A DNA stretch of 32,000 bases from Trichodesmium erythraeum IMS101. Its GTDB lineage: Bacteria > Cyanobacteriota > Cyanobacteriia > Cyanobacteriales > Microcoleaceae. The stretch lies in assembly GCF_000014265.1 (NCBI RefSeq), contig NC_008312.1, positions 7,470,001 to 7,502,000 of the forward strand. Reading direction: 5' to 3'. Below are positions 1-10,162 of the stretch, one piece after another; within the stretch, counting starts at the first letter, position 1, and the number at the start of each line of letters is the position of its first letter. A program made the position numbers and the translations under genes. The notes under the pieces were generated by a model. The model worked only from the letters and a program-made list of their open reading frames with translations. It made no database searches and had not been told where the DNA came from.

Positions 1-76
1 ATCTGAGTCATTAGTATATAGTTTTTACAAATTTTTCATGACAATTATACCTTAATTTTTATTTTGGAGATGTCTA
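1..76 (-). mobile_element. Terminal fragment (transposase-proximal end with IR) of a second copy of the DDE_Tnp_4-type IS that is complete at 11862-12996; cut by the window edge
   Basis: nt 1-76 align by eye with 12921-12996. Both end in ATTTTGGAGATGT(C/T)TA, and the inverted form of that motif (TAGACATCTCCAAAA) is at 11862. Confidence 0.5.
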
Positions 77-411
77 TTGGGATTTCTGCGTCAAAAGGTA
101 AAAAAAAGCGCTCCGGGACAACTTTAATCATCATTGACTCACTAATCATCAAAAATACTTGTAATGCAAGTACAGAGTCGAAAGGATTTTTATTACAGAG
201 TACTAATGGAATCAAGCGGCATCTAGCAGTAGATAGCCTCGGTTTTCCTTTTTTTACTCATTTAAGCAATATCAGTCTCTGATGATGTGGGATTAATTGA
301 AATGTTGTCTGACAATATTGATTACTTCAAATCTAAACCTGTCAATATTCCTAAAATCACTATTCTTCTCCACAGGACGGATATCACCCGGAAAAATTAA
401 CGATTGAGTTG

Positions 412-1492
412 GGCTTTGTTGCATGAAAGTAGTGATCGCCAAAAACTTCCATCAGGAAGTTAACTAGATTTTCACTTTGTGACTTTTGGGTTTACCTGTT
501 TGAATCATACGGTTCAGCATGGCACATTGTATGAACAACTCTACTGCTTGGGCTTTCGAATTTTCCTCGTCGTAACTGACCTCCAAAGCTCACTTTGAGT
601 CTAAACATTGTGGTTTCTGATAGAGAACGCCGATGGTAACCACTTTCATGCTTCCATTTTTGGCGTCCTACCTTTCTGATTCTTCTGAGGTTTTCATCTC
701 TGGGATGAGGTGGGCATTTGCAGTTGCCGTGTTGACCTATTACTGCATTTTTCCTGGGTGGAATTGTTACTTTTGCTCCTAGTTGGTTAGCTTTCTGGTA
801 ACATTTATACTTGTGCTCTGCTCCATCTCCTGATACTTGGGCTATTTCCCCATCTACTCCATTTCTCAAGTTCAGAAAATGCTTGTGAATCACTGACATC
901 ATTGGTAGTCACTACTCCACTGACAATCTCTCCTGTAGCCTCATTTACTCCTAGGTGTAATTTACCCCATGTACGCCGTTTACTGACACCATGAACTTTT
1001 GTTTTCCATTCACCTTCTCCGTAAACTTTCACCCCTGTAGAGTCTACTACTGTACGGAATAGTTTCATTAGTTGGTATAACTGGCAGTTGGATATTCAGT
1101 TTGAGCAAGCGACAGGATACAGTGCTATGGTCTGGTACTGGTAAATCTAAGTCCATCAATTGAAATATAGATTCGACAAAACCTTCAGTCTGTCGTCCGG
1201 CCAGACCAAACAATGATTGTATAGTGACCATAAATTCAATGGCCGTATTGCTATAGGTATTTGATGCCCCCCTACGTCCAGTTTTTTGTTGATTTACCCA
1301 CTGCTCTATGACTTCATCATTCAACCAAAATGTGAGGCTCCCTCTCTGTCTTAGGGACGCATCAGACCTACGACCAGTTGCTGAAGAGGTACTTAGACTT
1401 GGACTTGGACTTACTCATCTCTACCCTTACTATAGGTTTCTTGTGCCACACGCTTATTGTTACCATATTTTCTATCTTTATACAACAAAGCC
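412..1492 (-). mobile_element. IS5-family insertion sequence (1,081 bp) nested inside the IS5-like relic
   Basis: Terminal inverted repeats GGCTTTGTTGCATGAAAG (412) and CTTTATACAACAAAGCC (ends 1492). These are flanked by a 9-bp direct repeat ATTGAGTTG (403-411 and 1493-1501). The homologous uninterrupted site lies in the paralogue near 15320-15332. Confidence 0.8.
492..1324 (-). pseudogene. IS5-family DDE transposase split over three frames (at least two frameshifts)
   Basis: ORFs 1010-1324, 805-1068 and 492-902 read colinearly. The pieces are ...TYSNTAIEFMVTIQSLFGLAGRQTEGFVESIFQLMDLDLPVPDHSTVS..., ...VVDSTGVKVYGEGEWKTKVHGVSKRRTWGKLHLGVNEATGEIV... and ...QVSGDGAEHKYKCYQ...IPPRKNA...RDENLRRIRKVGRQKWKHESGYHRRSLSETTMFRLK. 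Confidence 0.8.
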
Positions 1493-1760
1493 ATTGAGTT
1501 GAAAAAAATTTATCCAGCGATTATGACCAAGATTCGGTTTAAGCTCTCACCTAAGCCCTCGAAAGCCCTCGAAGAAGAAGCAGGGACAAAGGGGTTTAAT
1601 CAGATGGGTCATTGAAAGAACTAATTCTTGGATGGAAAGATGTAAGAGTTTAGTCAAAAAAATTGATGGGAACTCTTGAGAATGCCACCACCAAGATTAA
1701 TCTTTGTTTTGTTAGACTTATGCTGAAGAGATTGGCGTTGGCAGAGGATGGTGGCGGTAG

Positions 1761-2840
1761 CTATATCGCCTGAACGGCAAAAAAAGATCCACTCAGGGGT
1801 TTTATATTAACCTTACCCACTTTGTTGAGCTGCTCTTGGATGTTATTGGGTAATTCAACTCCCAAGGTATCACCCAGAAATTCTATAGCTTCTGTGGGAG
1901 AAAATTCCCCTGAAAATTTATAACCCGTAGGATTCTGAGCCGTTCCTTCAATGATTAAAGTAGGATTTGTAGCACTAATCTGTTGAGTAATGGGGGTTAA
2001 GTTAAGTCTCGTGAGAATTTCGTTTATCTGATCAGTAATATCTAGTGTCCCATTGTAGGATGCGGTGATTTTATCTTCCGTTTCCGTAAGTGACACATTA
2101 GCGAAAGGGTTATTCTTATCGATCCATATTTGAGCGAATGGGGGAAGTCCAGATACTAAAAAGTTACCAGTATCTAATACTGAAGCATAATCTGCTAAAC
2201 TTTCTGATGTAAAAGCGCGAGCAAATTCTCCCTGACCCAAAGTAATTTCTAGTTCCCAGTCACCACCCAAGATAGCATTTCCTGTCAAGTTGGCAGAAGC
2301 AGCAATATTAGCTTTGGTTAAACTTTGTACTTTTGACAGAAATTCTGTTCCTGTATTTTCTACAGCTACTTGACAACCATAGATCAGTAAATTTGCTGAG
2401 GGAACTTCGATAAACCACTTTTGTAGGTCTTCACCATATTTATCTAGAGTTTCTAAGCTTAGTTGAGTATTTCCTAAGTATAAACATCCAGGGGAACCAT
2501 GGGACAAAATGTGTAGAGTTTCAACCCCTCGATAGTTCCGTAAAACCTGAGTAATTTGTTGAACACCATCCCTATCTGGGTTTAAAACTACCCCATCAAT
2601 ACCAGGTTTAATACTATGAAGTAACTGTTGATAGTCATCAACACCCTTATCTATTACTACAAGTTCACGAGCATTAGATATCAATGCCTCAGCATAACTA
2701 ACTTCTTTTGAGGAGTATGAGCAGAAGGAAGTAATGCTTTTATCCCATACAGTTAGAGACGGTTGCTTATTCATAGATGCTAGAAAACGAAAACAAAATT
2801 TGTTGTTTCTTGAAAAAAATATAAGCTTAAAATTTCCCAC
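1761..2840 (-). pseudogene. N-terminal fragment of a DUF4347-type large exoprotein gene, truncated by the IS5-like relic
   Basis: The motif block LVVIDKGVDDYQQLL...GVETLHILSHGSPGCLYLGNTQLSL...LLIYGCQVA...ANIAASANLTGNAILGGDWELE is typical of DUF4347 N-termini of multi-thousand-aa proteins. The likely true start is MNKQPSL at 2774. The last ~16 codons (below ~1810) are read from IS-relic sequence shared with 15600-15638. Confidence 0.6.
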
Positions 2841-3019
2841 TTAACTCCACAATTGAAATAAGTGCTTAGGAATTAAACTTTTCCTGATTTATTAAATCAA
2901 AATGAAATAGCAATAGCCAAGAGTTTCATCAAAATTATTTTTATTAGTACAAACAGTATGAAATAGTAGAAAAAGTAAAATGTTACTAAAATCATGAAGT
3001 ATTATTAATAATTATGACA

Positions 3020-3590
3020 TTAAAGAGTTGTGCTTCAAAATATCCCTTGACAGCATGGGATTCCGAGCTATTGAGAGAGTGACTCGTATTTCTCTGTCGG
3101 ACAGTGCTTAACTGGGTAGGAATTACTGCAGCACAAATGCCTGAAGAGAACTTAGAAACTCCTGAAATAGCTCAAAGCCTCAAAAAAAATTTGGGTCTGG
3201 ACAGTCGTAAATAGTCAAATGTCAGGAATTATTAAGTTTGTTATAGGCGATCGCTGGGCTGTGACCTTGACAATATTATGGCAGATGATTGAAGGTTGAG
3301 CTTGTTTTCTTTATATTACTGATAGCTACAAGGTTTATCCTTGCTTAATTGAGGATCGCGATCACAAGGTCAGTAAAACAGCCTTGACCTGAGTAGAGTT
3401 AGAAAACTGCCGTCTAAGAAACTACTTAGTTAAGTTGCATCATAAAACTTTATGCTATTTCAAGTCAATTGATATGTTATGCAAGTCAATGCGCTTGCTG
3501 ATCTATTTTTGAAACATGGCAATTTGAAACATCGGCACATTCCTCAATTCTCCTAATCATTTGTCACTGTGCAACGCCCAATACTGAGCT
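3020..3590 (+). pseudogene. IS1-family transposase relic (many stops and frameshifts)
   Basis: Fragments ...GFRAIERVTRISLSDSA..., ...KKFGSGQS..., ...ITDSYKVYPCLIEDRDHKVSKT...TRVELENCRLRNYLVKLHHKTLCYFKS are spread over frames. It is paralogous to 13010-13420 and to the N-terminal piece at 31785-32000. Confidence 0.5.
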
Positions 3591-3907
3591 ACTTAGTTTA
3601 AATATGATTATGTTCGTTTTAATATTCCTTTTGAATCAAAAATAAATTTGTTAAATTCTCTTCATTTACTCCGACTATTTGTAACATTCTTTTGGTATTA
3701 GTAGTACTAAAATATATTCCTTAAAAAAAAATTAGGTTAATAGCCTCCCCTTTCAAGATTCGAGAAAAAAATATTTGTGATTATTATTTTAATTGAGGTG
3801 CTTCAGCTAGGAAGAGATGCTGATTAACAGATGATCTTAAATAATCAGGGTTTCTTAACAAAAAATACTCAATTGAGCAGAAATAATCATATTTGCATGA
3901 ATATTTT

Positions 3908-4938
3908 TATAGTATTTCCCATAGTCATAAGGTACACTAGAAGAGCTAATTTTTTAGCGATCGCGAAACTGATGAAACTTTATTCTATAGACTTTATAAA
4001 AAAAATTGTAGAAATTTGTGGCTACGGAAAAAATGTCTATAAAGAATCTAGCTTATAGGTTTGGAGAGAGTCAAAATTTTATTCAAACCTTAACCAAAAA
4101 ATATCAAGAAACTGGAGATATTAAACCTTTACCTCAAAGAGTAAGTCCTCCTTCTCAGCTCAATAGTGAAGAGTTATTAATCTTAGTAGAAATAATGGAG
4201 AAAAATAATGATGCAACTAATGAGAAGTCATGGGAATTACTCGAAGTAGCCACAGGAGTAAAAGTAGGAAAAAATACAATCAATTGGATAACTGAAAAAT
4301 TAAACTACAGTCTCACAAAAAATATTGTATACAGCTGAAAAAGAAAATGTTCAACTCCAATATAAGAGAGTAGAATATTGGGAAAGAGTCAGAGGGATAA
4401 AGGCCTATAATTTAGTTTATATAGATGAATAAAGAGTAAATTTGGGAATTCTTCAATTATATGCTACAGCATTAAAAAGGAAAAGAACCAGAGAATAAAA
4501 ACCTCAAAAACTAGCACAAAATATCTCAATGATAGGAGCTATATCTTGAGAAAAAGTTGTAGTAAAAAGAAATATTGATGGAGCAGTAAATGGAGTAACT
4601 TTTGAGACTTTTATACTTAAAGAAGTAGTCCCATGACTATGGAAGGGAGCTTGTGTTATAATGGGCAATGGGAAAATTTATTTCTCCTAAATGGTGAGAG
4701 AAGTTATTGAATAAGTTGGAGCTAGTCTGTTATTTTCACCTCCTTATTCACCTAATTTTTCTTCAATTGAAAACTTTTAGTCAAAGACGAAAGCTATTCT
4801 AAGAATAGTTAAAGCAAGAAATTATAAAGATTTAATTGATGCCATTACCTCAACTATATTAAAAATTAGTTAACAAGATATCCGCAATTGGTTTAACAAT
4901 TCTTGTTACTGTACCTCATAGCTATGGGAATTGCTATA
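3908..4938 (+). mobile_element. IS630/Tc1-mariner-family insertion sequence (1,031 bp) with a decayed transposase
   Basis: The inverted termini are TATAGTATTTCCCATAGTCATAAGG (3908) and CCTCATAGCTATGGGAATTGCTATA (ends 4938). The interior encodes IS630-like peptides in several frames. Confidence 0.8.
3972..4920 (+). pseudogene. IS630-family transposase, multiple frameshifts and stops
   Basis: MKLYSIDFIKKIVEI... then MSIKNLAYRFGESQNFIQTLTKKYQETGDIKPLPQR... (ORF 4018-4338). Downstream pieces are ...GAVNGVTFETFILKEVVP.LWKGACVIMGNGKI..., ...FSPPYSPNFSSIENF.SKTKAILR... and ...DIRNWFNNSCYCTS, interrupted by stops. Confidence 0.8.
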
Positions 4939-5277
4939 TTACCCGGGGTTGGAACATAATTTTGATGCGCCTCAGCCCAAAACTGACCTGCTTTTTTTCA
5001 TAATCTCTGTTTAAAATGGGAAAAACTTAACCATAGCCCATAGATCCAGGTTGACTGAGCATAGAGAAGTGGACTTAGAAGGATTTAACATCTATTCCTT
5101 CAATTGTGATTTACTACACTGATATATCAACTTGATCAATTATTCTGGCAATGTCAAGTTTTCTTGATTTACGTTTAAGTCTAGAGATAACTTCAAGGTA
5201 AAGTAGGTCATGTCCTATAAAATCATGGAAAACCTCTATGTTTGTCATAATTAACTTATTAACGAAGGGGCACTATT

Positions 5278-5700
5278 ATGCAACAAAAACAAGACACTAT
5301 ACAGCAAGTAGAAATAAATGCTACAGAAGCAGGTTCTTTAGCTAAAGTCTCCAATTCTGAAAAAACATCTAATCAGTTTGGAGATGTCAAGAACCAATTC
5401 TTAGAAACATTCTCAGAATTACCAGCAATTATTAGTGGTTTTTTTGGACAATATAAAAAGCCAATTCTTACTCTGGTTACAGTTGTAGGACTCATTATTA
5501 CTTTCAAGGTAATATTGGCAGTACTTGAATCATTAAATGATATTCCACTGCTAGCTCCAACTTTTGAGTTAATTGGTATTATCTATTCGGGCTGGTTTAC
5601 ATATCGGTATCTAATTCGTGCTTCTAACCGTCAGGAGTTATCAGCAGAAATTAAAGCTTGGAAAGAGCAAATACTAGGTAATAGGCCATCTGATAGTTAA
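5278..5700 (+). CDS. curT: CAAD-domain thylakoid membrane protein (CURT1/CurT-like)
   Basis: The C-terminal two-helix block PILTLVTVVGLIITFKVILAVLESLNDIPLLAPTFELIGIIYSGWFTYRYLIRASNRQEL matches the CAAD/CurT signature as I recall it. A GAAGGGG sits 9-15 nt upstream of the ATG. Confidence 0.75.
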   Translation: MQQKQDTIQQVEINATEAGSLAKVSNSEKTSNQFGDVKNQFLETFSELPAIISGFFGQYKKPILTLVTVVGLIITFKVILAVLESLNDIPLLAPTFELIGIIYSGWFTYRYLIRASNRQELSAEIKAWKEQILGNRPSDS

Positions 5701-5724
5701 TCATACTTGAAAGGACTTTAAAAC

Positions 5725-5765
5725 TTAGGCATTGGTTAATTTTTCATAATTTAGCCGATGCCTAA
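5725..5765. terminator. Hairpin between convergent curT-like and aroA genes (candidate bidirectional terminator)
   Basis: TTAGGCATTGGTTAA - 11 nt loop - TTAGCCGATGCCTAA. This forms a 15-bp stem with two G.U pairs on the + transcript. On the - strand the stem is followed by GTTTT. Confidence 0.45.
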
Positions 5766-5784
5766 AACTTGGGTAATTTTTAAC

Positions 5785-7173
5785 CTAATTTATGTTTGAA
5801 GTACAGACTTGTTGTAGAGTTTGAACAAAGCTGGGATAAGAGATATTGACAGTTTCAGCATGATGGATATTAGTAATGCCAGTAGCATTCAATGCAGCGA
5901 TCGCTAAACTCATTGCTACTCGATGATCCCCATTGCTCTCAACATCTGTACCAGTTATAGAAACACCACCAGTAATTTCCAAACCATCTGGTAGTTCTAT
6001 AATTTTAGCCCCCAGTTTTTGGAGCTGGGTGGCCATAACTGCTAGGCGATCGCTTTCTTTGACCCGCAACTCAGCAGCATCCCGAATCACTGTTGTCCCT
6101 TCAGCAAACATAGCAGCTACGGCCAAAATTGGAATTTCATCAATTAATCTGGGAATAATAGAACCAGAAATTTCGCAAGCTTTTAATGAACTGTAACATA
6201 CCCGTAAATCTGCTACAGGTTCTCCTGCTACAACTCGGTGATTTTCCTGTCTAATATCTACTTCCATTCTTTCTAATACTTCCAAAATACCTGTACGGGT
6301 AGAATTAACACCAACATTTTCAATTACTAATTCTGAGCCAGGTACAATAGCTGCTGCTACTAACCAAAAAGCTGCGGAGCTAATATCACCAGGCACAACT
6401 ACATCTTGGCCTTTAAGTTGAGCCGGACCTGTTACCGTCACACTATTTGTTTCTGGGTCCACTTGAATTTCTGCTCCAAAAGCTTTTAACATTCTTTCAC
6501 TATGGTCTCGTGAAAGAGCAGGTTCAGTTATCGTAGTTTTCCCTTCTGCCATTAAACCAGCTAACAAAATACAAGATTTCACCTGAGCTGAAGCAATGGG
6601 AGAATAATAATGAATTGGTCGTAACTTTTGTCCCTGAATTGCTAAAGGTGCCAAGCTGTTTCCTTTTCTACCCCAGATTTGAGCCCCCATTTCTGTGAGT
6701 GGCTGAATAACACGAGACATTGGACGTTGTACTAAGGAGCTATCCCCTGTCACAGTAAAGAAATGTTCAGGATGGGATGCTAAAATTCCCAACATTAGTC
6801 GCATTGTAGTGCCTGAATTACCACAGTCCAAAACGCAAGATGGTTCTGTAAGATTTAAAAGACCCACTCCATCAACTTGTACAAACTCCGAATTAAGTTG
6901 GGAAATATTCGCCCCAAGAAGTGAAAAACATCCAGCAGTACTGTAGGGATCAGCTCCTAAGAGTAAACCTTGAATATTAGTTTGGCCTTGAGCTATTGCT
7001 CCTAACATCAAAGCGCGATGAGAAATTGATTTATCTCCAGGAATTGAAATATTACCGCAAAGAGATAAACCTAACTTTGGGTTTTGAATTATCAAAGTTT
7101 CCTGACTATTTGTAATTTTTGTACTAACTACAGTAGCTACCATAAAATCAACCTTTACTAACGCCACAGCCAT
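5785..7173 (-). CDS. aroA: 3-phosphoshikimate 1-carboxyvinyltransferase (EPSP synthase)
   Basis: Full-length ORF with [58 protein letters not shown] and [13 protein letters not shown] motifs. The real start may be the internal Met at 7143. Confidence 0.95.
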   Translation of the reverse strand: MAVALVKVDFMVATVVSTKITNSQETLIIQNPKLGLSLCGNISIPGDKSISHRALMLGAIAQGQTNIQGLLLGADPYSTAGCFSLLGANISQLNSEFVQVDGVGLLNLTEPSCVLDCGNSGTTMRLMLGILASHPEHFFTVTGDSSLVQRPMSRVIQPLTEMGAQIWGRKGNSLAPLAIQGQKLRPIHYYSPIASAQVKSCILLAGLMAEGKTTITEPALSRDHSERMLKAFGAEIQVDPETNSVTVTGPAQLKGQDVVVPGDISSAAFWLVAAAIVPGSELVIENVGVNSTRTGILEVLERMEVDIRQENHRVVAGEPVADLRVCYSSLKACEISGSIIPRLIDEIPILAVAAMFAEGTTVIRDAAELRVKESDRLAVMATQLQKLGAKIIELPDGLEITGGVSITGTDVESNGDHRVAMSLAIAALNATGITNIHHAETVNISYPSFVQTLQQVCTSNIN

Positions 7174-7431
7174 AATATTATAAGATGGTGAAAAGCATGG
7201 CGATGAGATTACAGAGCATCAATAATTCATTAATATCAAACTAAATTAGTCTATTATTTGTGCTTTAAGTATTAAGTAAAAATATTAAACTGCCCAAAAA
7301 ATTGCAACAAAAGTAAAAAAAATTAACTAAGTTCAATAGATTAACTTAGATTGACAGATTCGCAAGATTGAGATATGTAATTTTCAAGTTTTTTTGTTAA
7401 TATATATCTCTTATTTCTAATAATCTATAAT

Positions 7432-8460
7432 AGAGTTCTTGGGAAATAACTTAGGGAGCGCGAACAATAAAAATCAAACTAATCAATTTTGAGAGCGTGA
7501 TTTTATTATTTATGCTGCCATCAGTTACAGGTTCCATATTCCAGTTGCTGTTAACATTAATTTGTCATCAAAATCATACTTATAATTACGGTAAATCTGA
7601 TTAACAGCCCCATAGCCCTTGATACCCGCAAAGGCGTTTTCACATATCACCCGCTTATTGACTTAATGTCCGATTTTCAAGGCGTTGCTGTTGCTATTAA
7701 TTCTCCCCCTTTTGGTTTCTTATGGGGTATGTGGATATTTTTATATTGCTGTTGAATACCTTGAAACCCACTCATAACTTCAATTAGTATCTCCCCTGGT
7801 ATATTTCCTATCAACTTTTCTTCCTCATGTAATTTCTTCCTCATGTAATTTTCCAACTCGATCTTGGCTCAATACCAGCACTTGTTTGTTTTGGTCTACT
7901 GCTGCTAGGTGTTTACAGGTATTACGCTTTTTTTTCCTGAATAATTCAGTTTTGGTTTTTCTGAGTCATTGGGTCGTTGCATAGGCCGTTCTGTGCCATC
8001 CATTACTACTCCTTCTACTCAAGGAAAACATTCTATAAATGCTTGGAAACTGTTGATTTGGCGTTCTGGTAGTGCTTTTTTTTCTCCCAAGGTTGCTTCT
8101 AATATAGGCTGTAAGCGATGAGCCCAATAATGTGCCTGGCTACGGTCCATGTCAAACAGAATACTAGCCAAATCAAAGGTGGGATAACTTTTCAAGTAGA
8201 AGAGGATATAAAATCATTTGTCTTCAACAGTGGGTAAACGAGCCAAAAGGCCTACTCCAACAGAGCGTTGACGAGGTTTGTTCCTCAATATTTGCTCATA
8301 TATTTGAGTAAAGGTTAAGAGTAAGAATTGAAATGCTTTACGATTTAATTGGTGTTAATGCTCTGAGTAACCTATCATCTTTTAAGGCCCGTTTTATATT
8401 TAGCATTTCTCAGCACCAATTTTTTCTTAACTTAATTTAACCTTATTTCCCAACAACTCT
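7432..8460 (-). mobile_element. DDE_Tnp_4 (Harbinger-like, IS5 superfamily) insertion sequence, copy A, transposase fully decayed
   Basis: Termini are AGAGTTCTTGGGAAATAA (7432) and TTATTTCCCAACAACTCT (ends 8460). A 3-bp direct repeat AAT flanks them (7429-7431 and 8461-8463). It is colinear by eye with 28714-29389 plus 30764-31114, and no ORF of 60 aa or more survives. It carries an internal 16-bp tandem duplication (CTTCCTCATGTAATTT x2, ~7820-7851). Confidence 0.8.
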
Positions 8461-8547
8461 AATATTAAGTTTTAATTGGAAGAAATCTTTCACCCTTTTA
8501 CCCTTTGCCAACATTTACCAAAGTATAAGTATTCAGGCAGACATAAT

Positions 8548-9916
8548 CAGGACTTACGCAAAGACACTATATATAGCGCATGACAACTTCGACGAACTTC
8601 ACTATAGTCATGTGCGTTAGCGGAGCTTTGCGTTAGCAATCGCCTAACTATTTTGACTCAAAAAACCTTGAGTTTTTCAAGTCAAATAACTTTCATTTTA
8701 ATTGAAGGATTTTTCAATTGATCCCTTAGATATTTTGATAATAATTCATGCTTAACTTGATAAATACTTTTGCCTATTTTAGTAGCAAATCTTTTGAAGA
8801 AGTTCCACACTAACATTGCACAAACAATATGATTTTTCTGAATTATTCGCAGACGACACTGACAAAATCCTCAACCTGTTAATTGCTTAATTTCTCTATT
8901 AAATTCTTCGATTTTCCATCTAGTTTGAGATTCAAACTCTACATCATAAGAGTGATGATTGAGTCAAGTCATTAGTGACAATATATTCTGCTGAAGTTGG
9001 CAGATACACCTAATCCAAAATATTTTCACCTTTTGGCAGAGTGGAAACCCTTTAATTAGAATTATTTTTCCTGACTTTTTTTCAGCTTCATTCCAATTTA
9101 AATCTTGAACTTTTTTGTATTTTTCTGCACCTCGTGTATCATCAACGCGCGCGATTACTTTTTAAAGGACAGTAGTAAATTTTTCTATCATTATCTATTA
9201 ATCCCATTAATTTTTGTGTTGCATACCCAAATCCATTAATACTGTTTTAAATGGTATTTTCTTATTATTTATGGCATTAAGTATCATTTCTTCAACACTC
9301 TTCTATTTTTGTTTTCTTGTCAGTATCTGGGTCATAAATTCTATAATCTATAATCCATAATTGTTCATTTTGGGGATTAAAATATACACAATTAACTATT
9401 CCAAGACCCACGAACTTCGCAGCTGATAGAACGCAAACAACTTGATGAACCTATACCACTATATTGTCCTCGTGTAAGTTCAATATTATATCCATACTTT
9501 TTATTAATTACTGTGTCATCAAAAATTAAATAAGCTTCGGTATCACCAAACAAATTCTTCTTGAACATTTCGCCATAAATCTTCTGAATTTAAAGACTCT
9601 GCTCTTAAATAGCGATTTATTGTATCATGGCTAATATTTTCACTCTGGATTTGCGGCGTAGCGTTATAGTAAAATTTGTGTGAGATTTAAGTAAATATTG
9701 ACAGTAGTCAACAAAATTAAAATTCATATTTTTGAACTAATATAATCCTGTCATTATCATCTAATAATTAAAGCTTTTTAGCAAGTTAATTTAACCTAAT
9801 TGTAACTTTGTTTAAAGATACATTAAAAGTAATATCTATCTGAAAAAAAACTAATTATAGTATGGAGAATTTCATATCGACAGTACGCTATATATAGCGT
9901 ACTTGCGTAAGTCCTG
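8548..9916 (-). mobile_element. 1,369-bp IS4/IS701-like insertion sequence, copy 1 (transposase frame shattered)
   Basis: Imperfect ~30-bp IRs begin CAGGACTTACGCAA..CTATATATAGCG. A 5-bp direct repeat ATAAT flanks the element (8543-8547 and 9917-9921). By eye it is identical to copy 2. Confidence 0.85.
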
Positions 9917-10162
9917 ATAATATTAAATTGTCAGTTTGGTAGGCTGCTCTGTAATGAGTGTCCCATTATAATTATGATCAGATCTGTGATCGCGTCAAAG
10001 CACCCTTCAATCAAATTAACTAGAACATTATATCTAGTAACAGGGGCGTTCAAAAATAGACATAACTCTATCAAAGCAATGCTTACAGAAATTTTCTCCA
10101 AAGGAATTCTTAAATCTAAGCTGTTGTCTATTCTTGGCTAAAAATATCAACTTATCTGCTCT

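Larger units (their letters stand above)
77..1810 (+). pseudogene. IS5-family transposase relic, copy 1 (N-terminus missing, frames broken, split by a nested IS at 412-1492)
   Basis: ORF 64-282 reads ...TTLIIIDSLIIKNTCNAS...NGIKRHLAVDSLGFPF (IS5-type catalytic region). It continues out of frame as GLIEMLSDNIDYFKSKPVNIPKI (283-360) and resumes after the insert as KKIYPAIMTKIRFKLSPKPSK...SWMERCKSLVKK (1502-1700). It is paralogous to 13440-15638. Confidence 0.7.

Noticed and set aside
492-1324. Programmed ribosomal frameshifting in the IS5-family transposase
   Set aside because: Two separate frame changes are required, and I saw no slippery heptamer at either overlap. Decay is the simpler reading.
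1308-1502. 64-aa + strand ORF
   Set aside because: It lies inside the 412-1492 IS, antisense to the transposase N-terminus and running into the IR. It is spurious.
3831-4058. 75-aa ORF
   Set aside because: It is a chimera. It starts upstream of the IS630 left IR (3908), and only its last ~28 codons (MKLYSIDFIKKIVEI...) correspond to the transposase N-terminus.
5933-6196. 87-aa ORF on the + strand
   Set aside because: It lies entirely antisense within the well-supported aroA frame and has no recognisable motifs. It is a shadow ORF.
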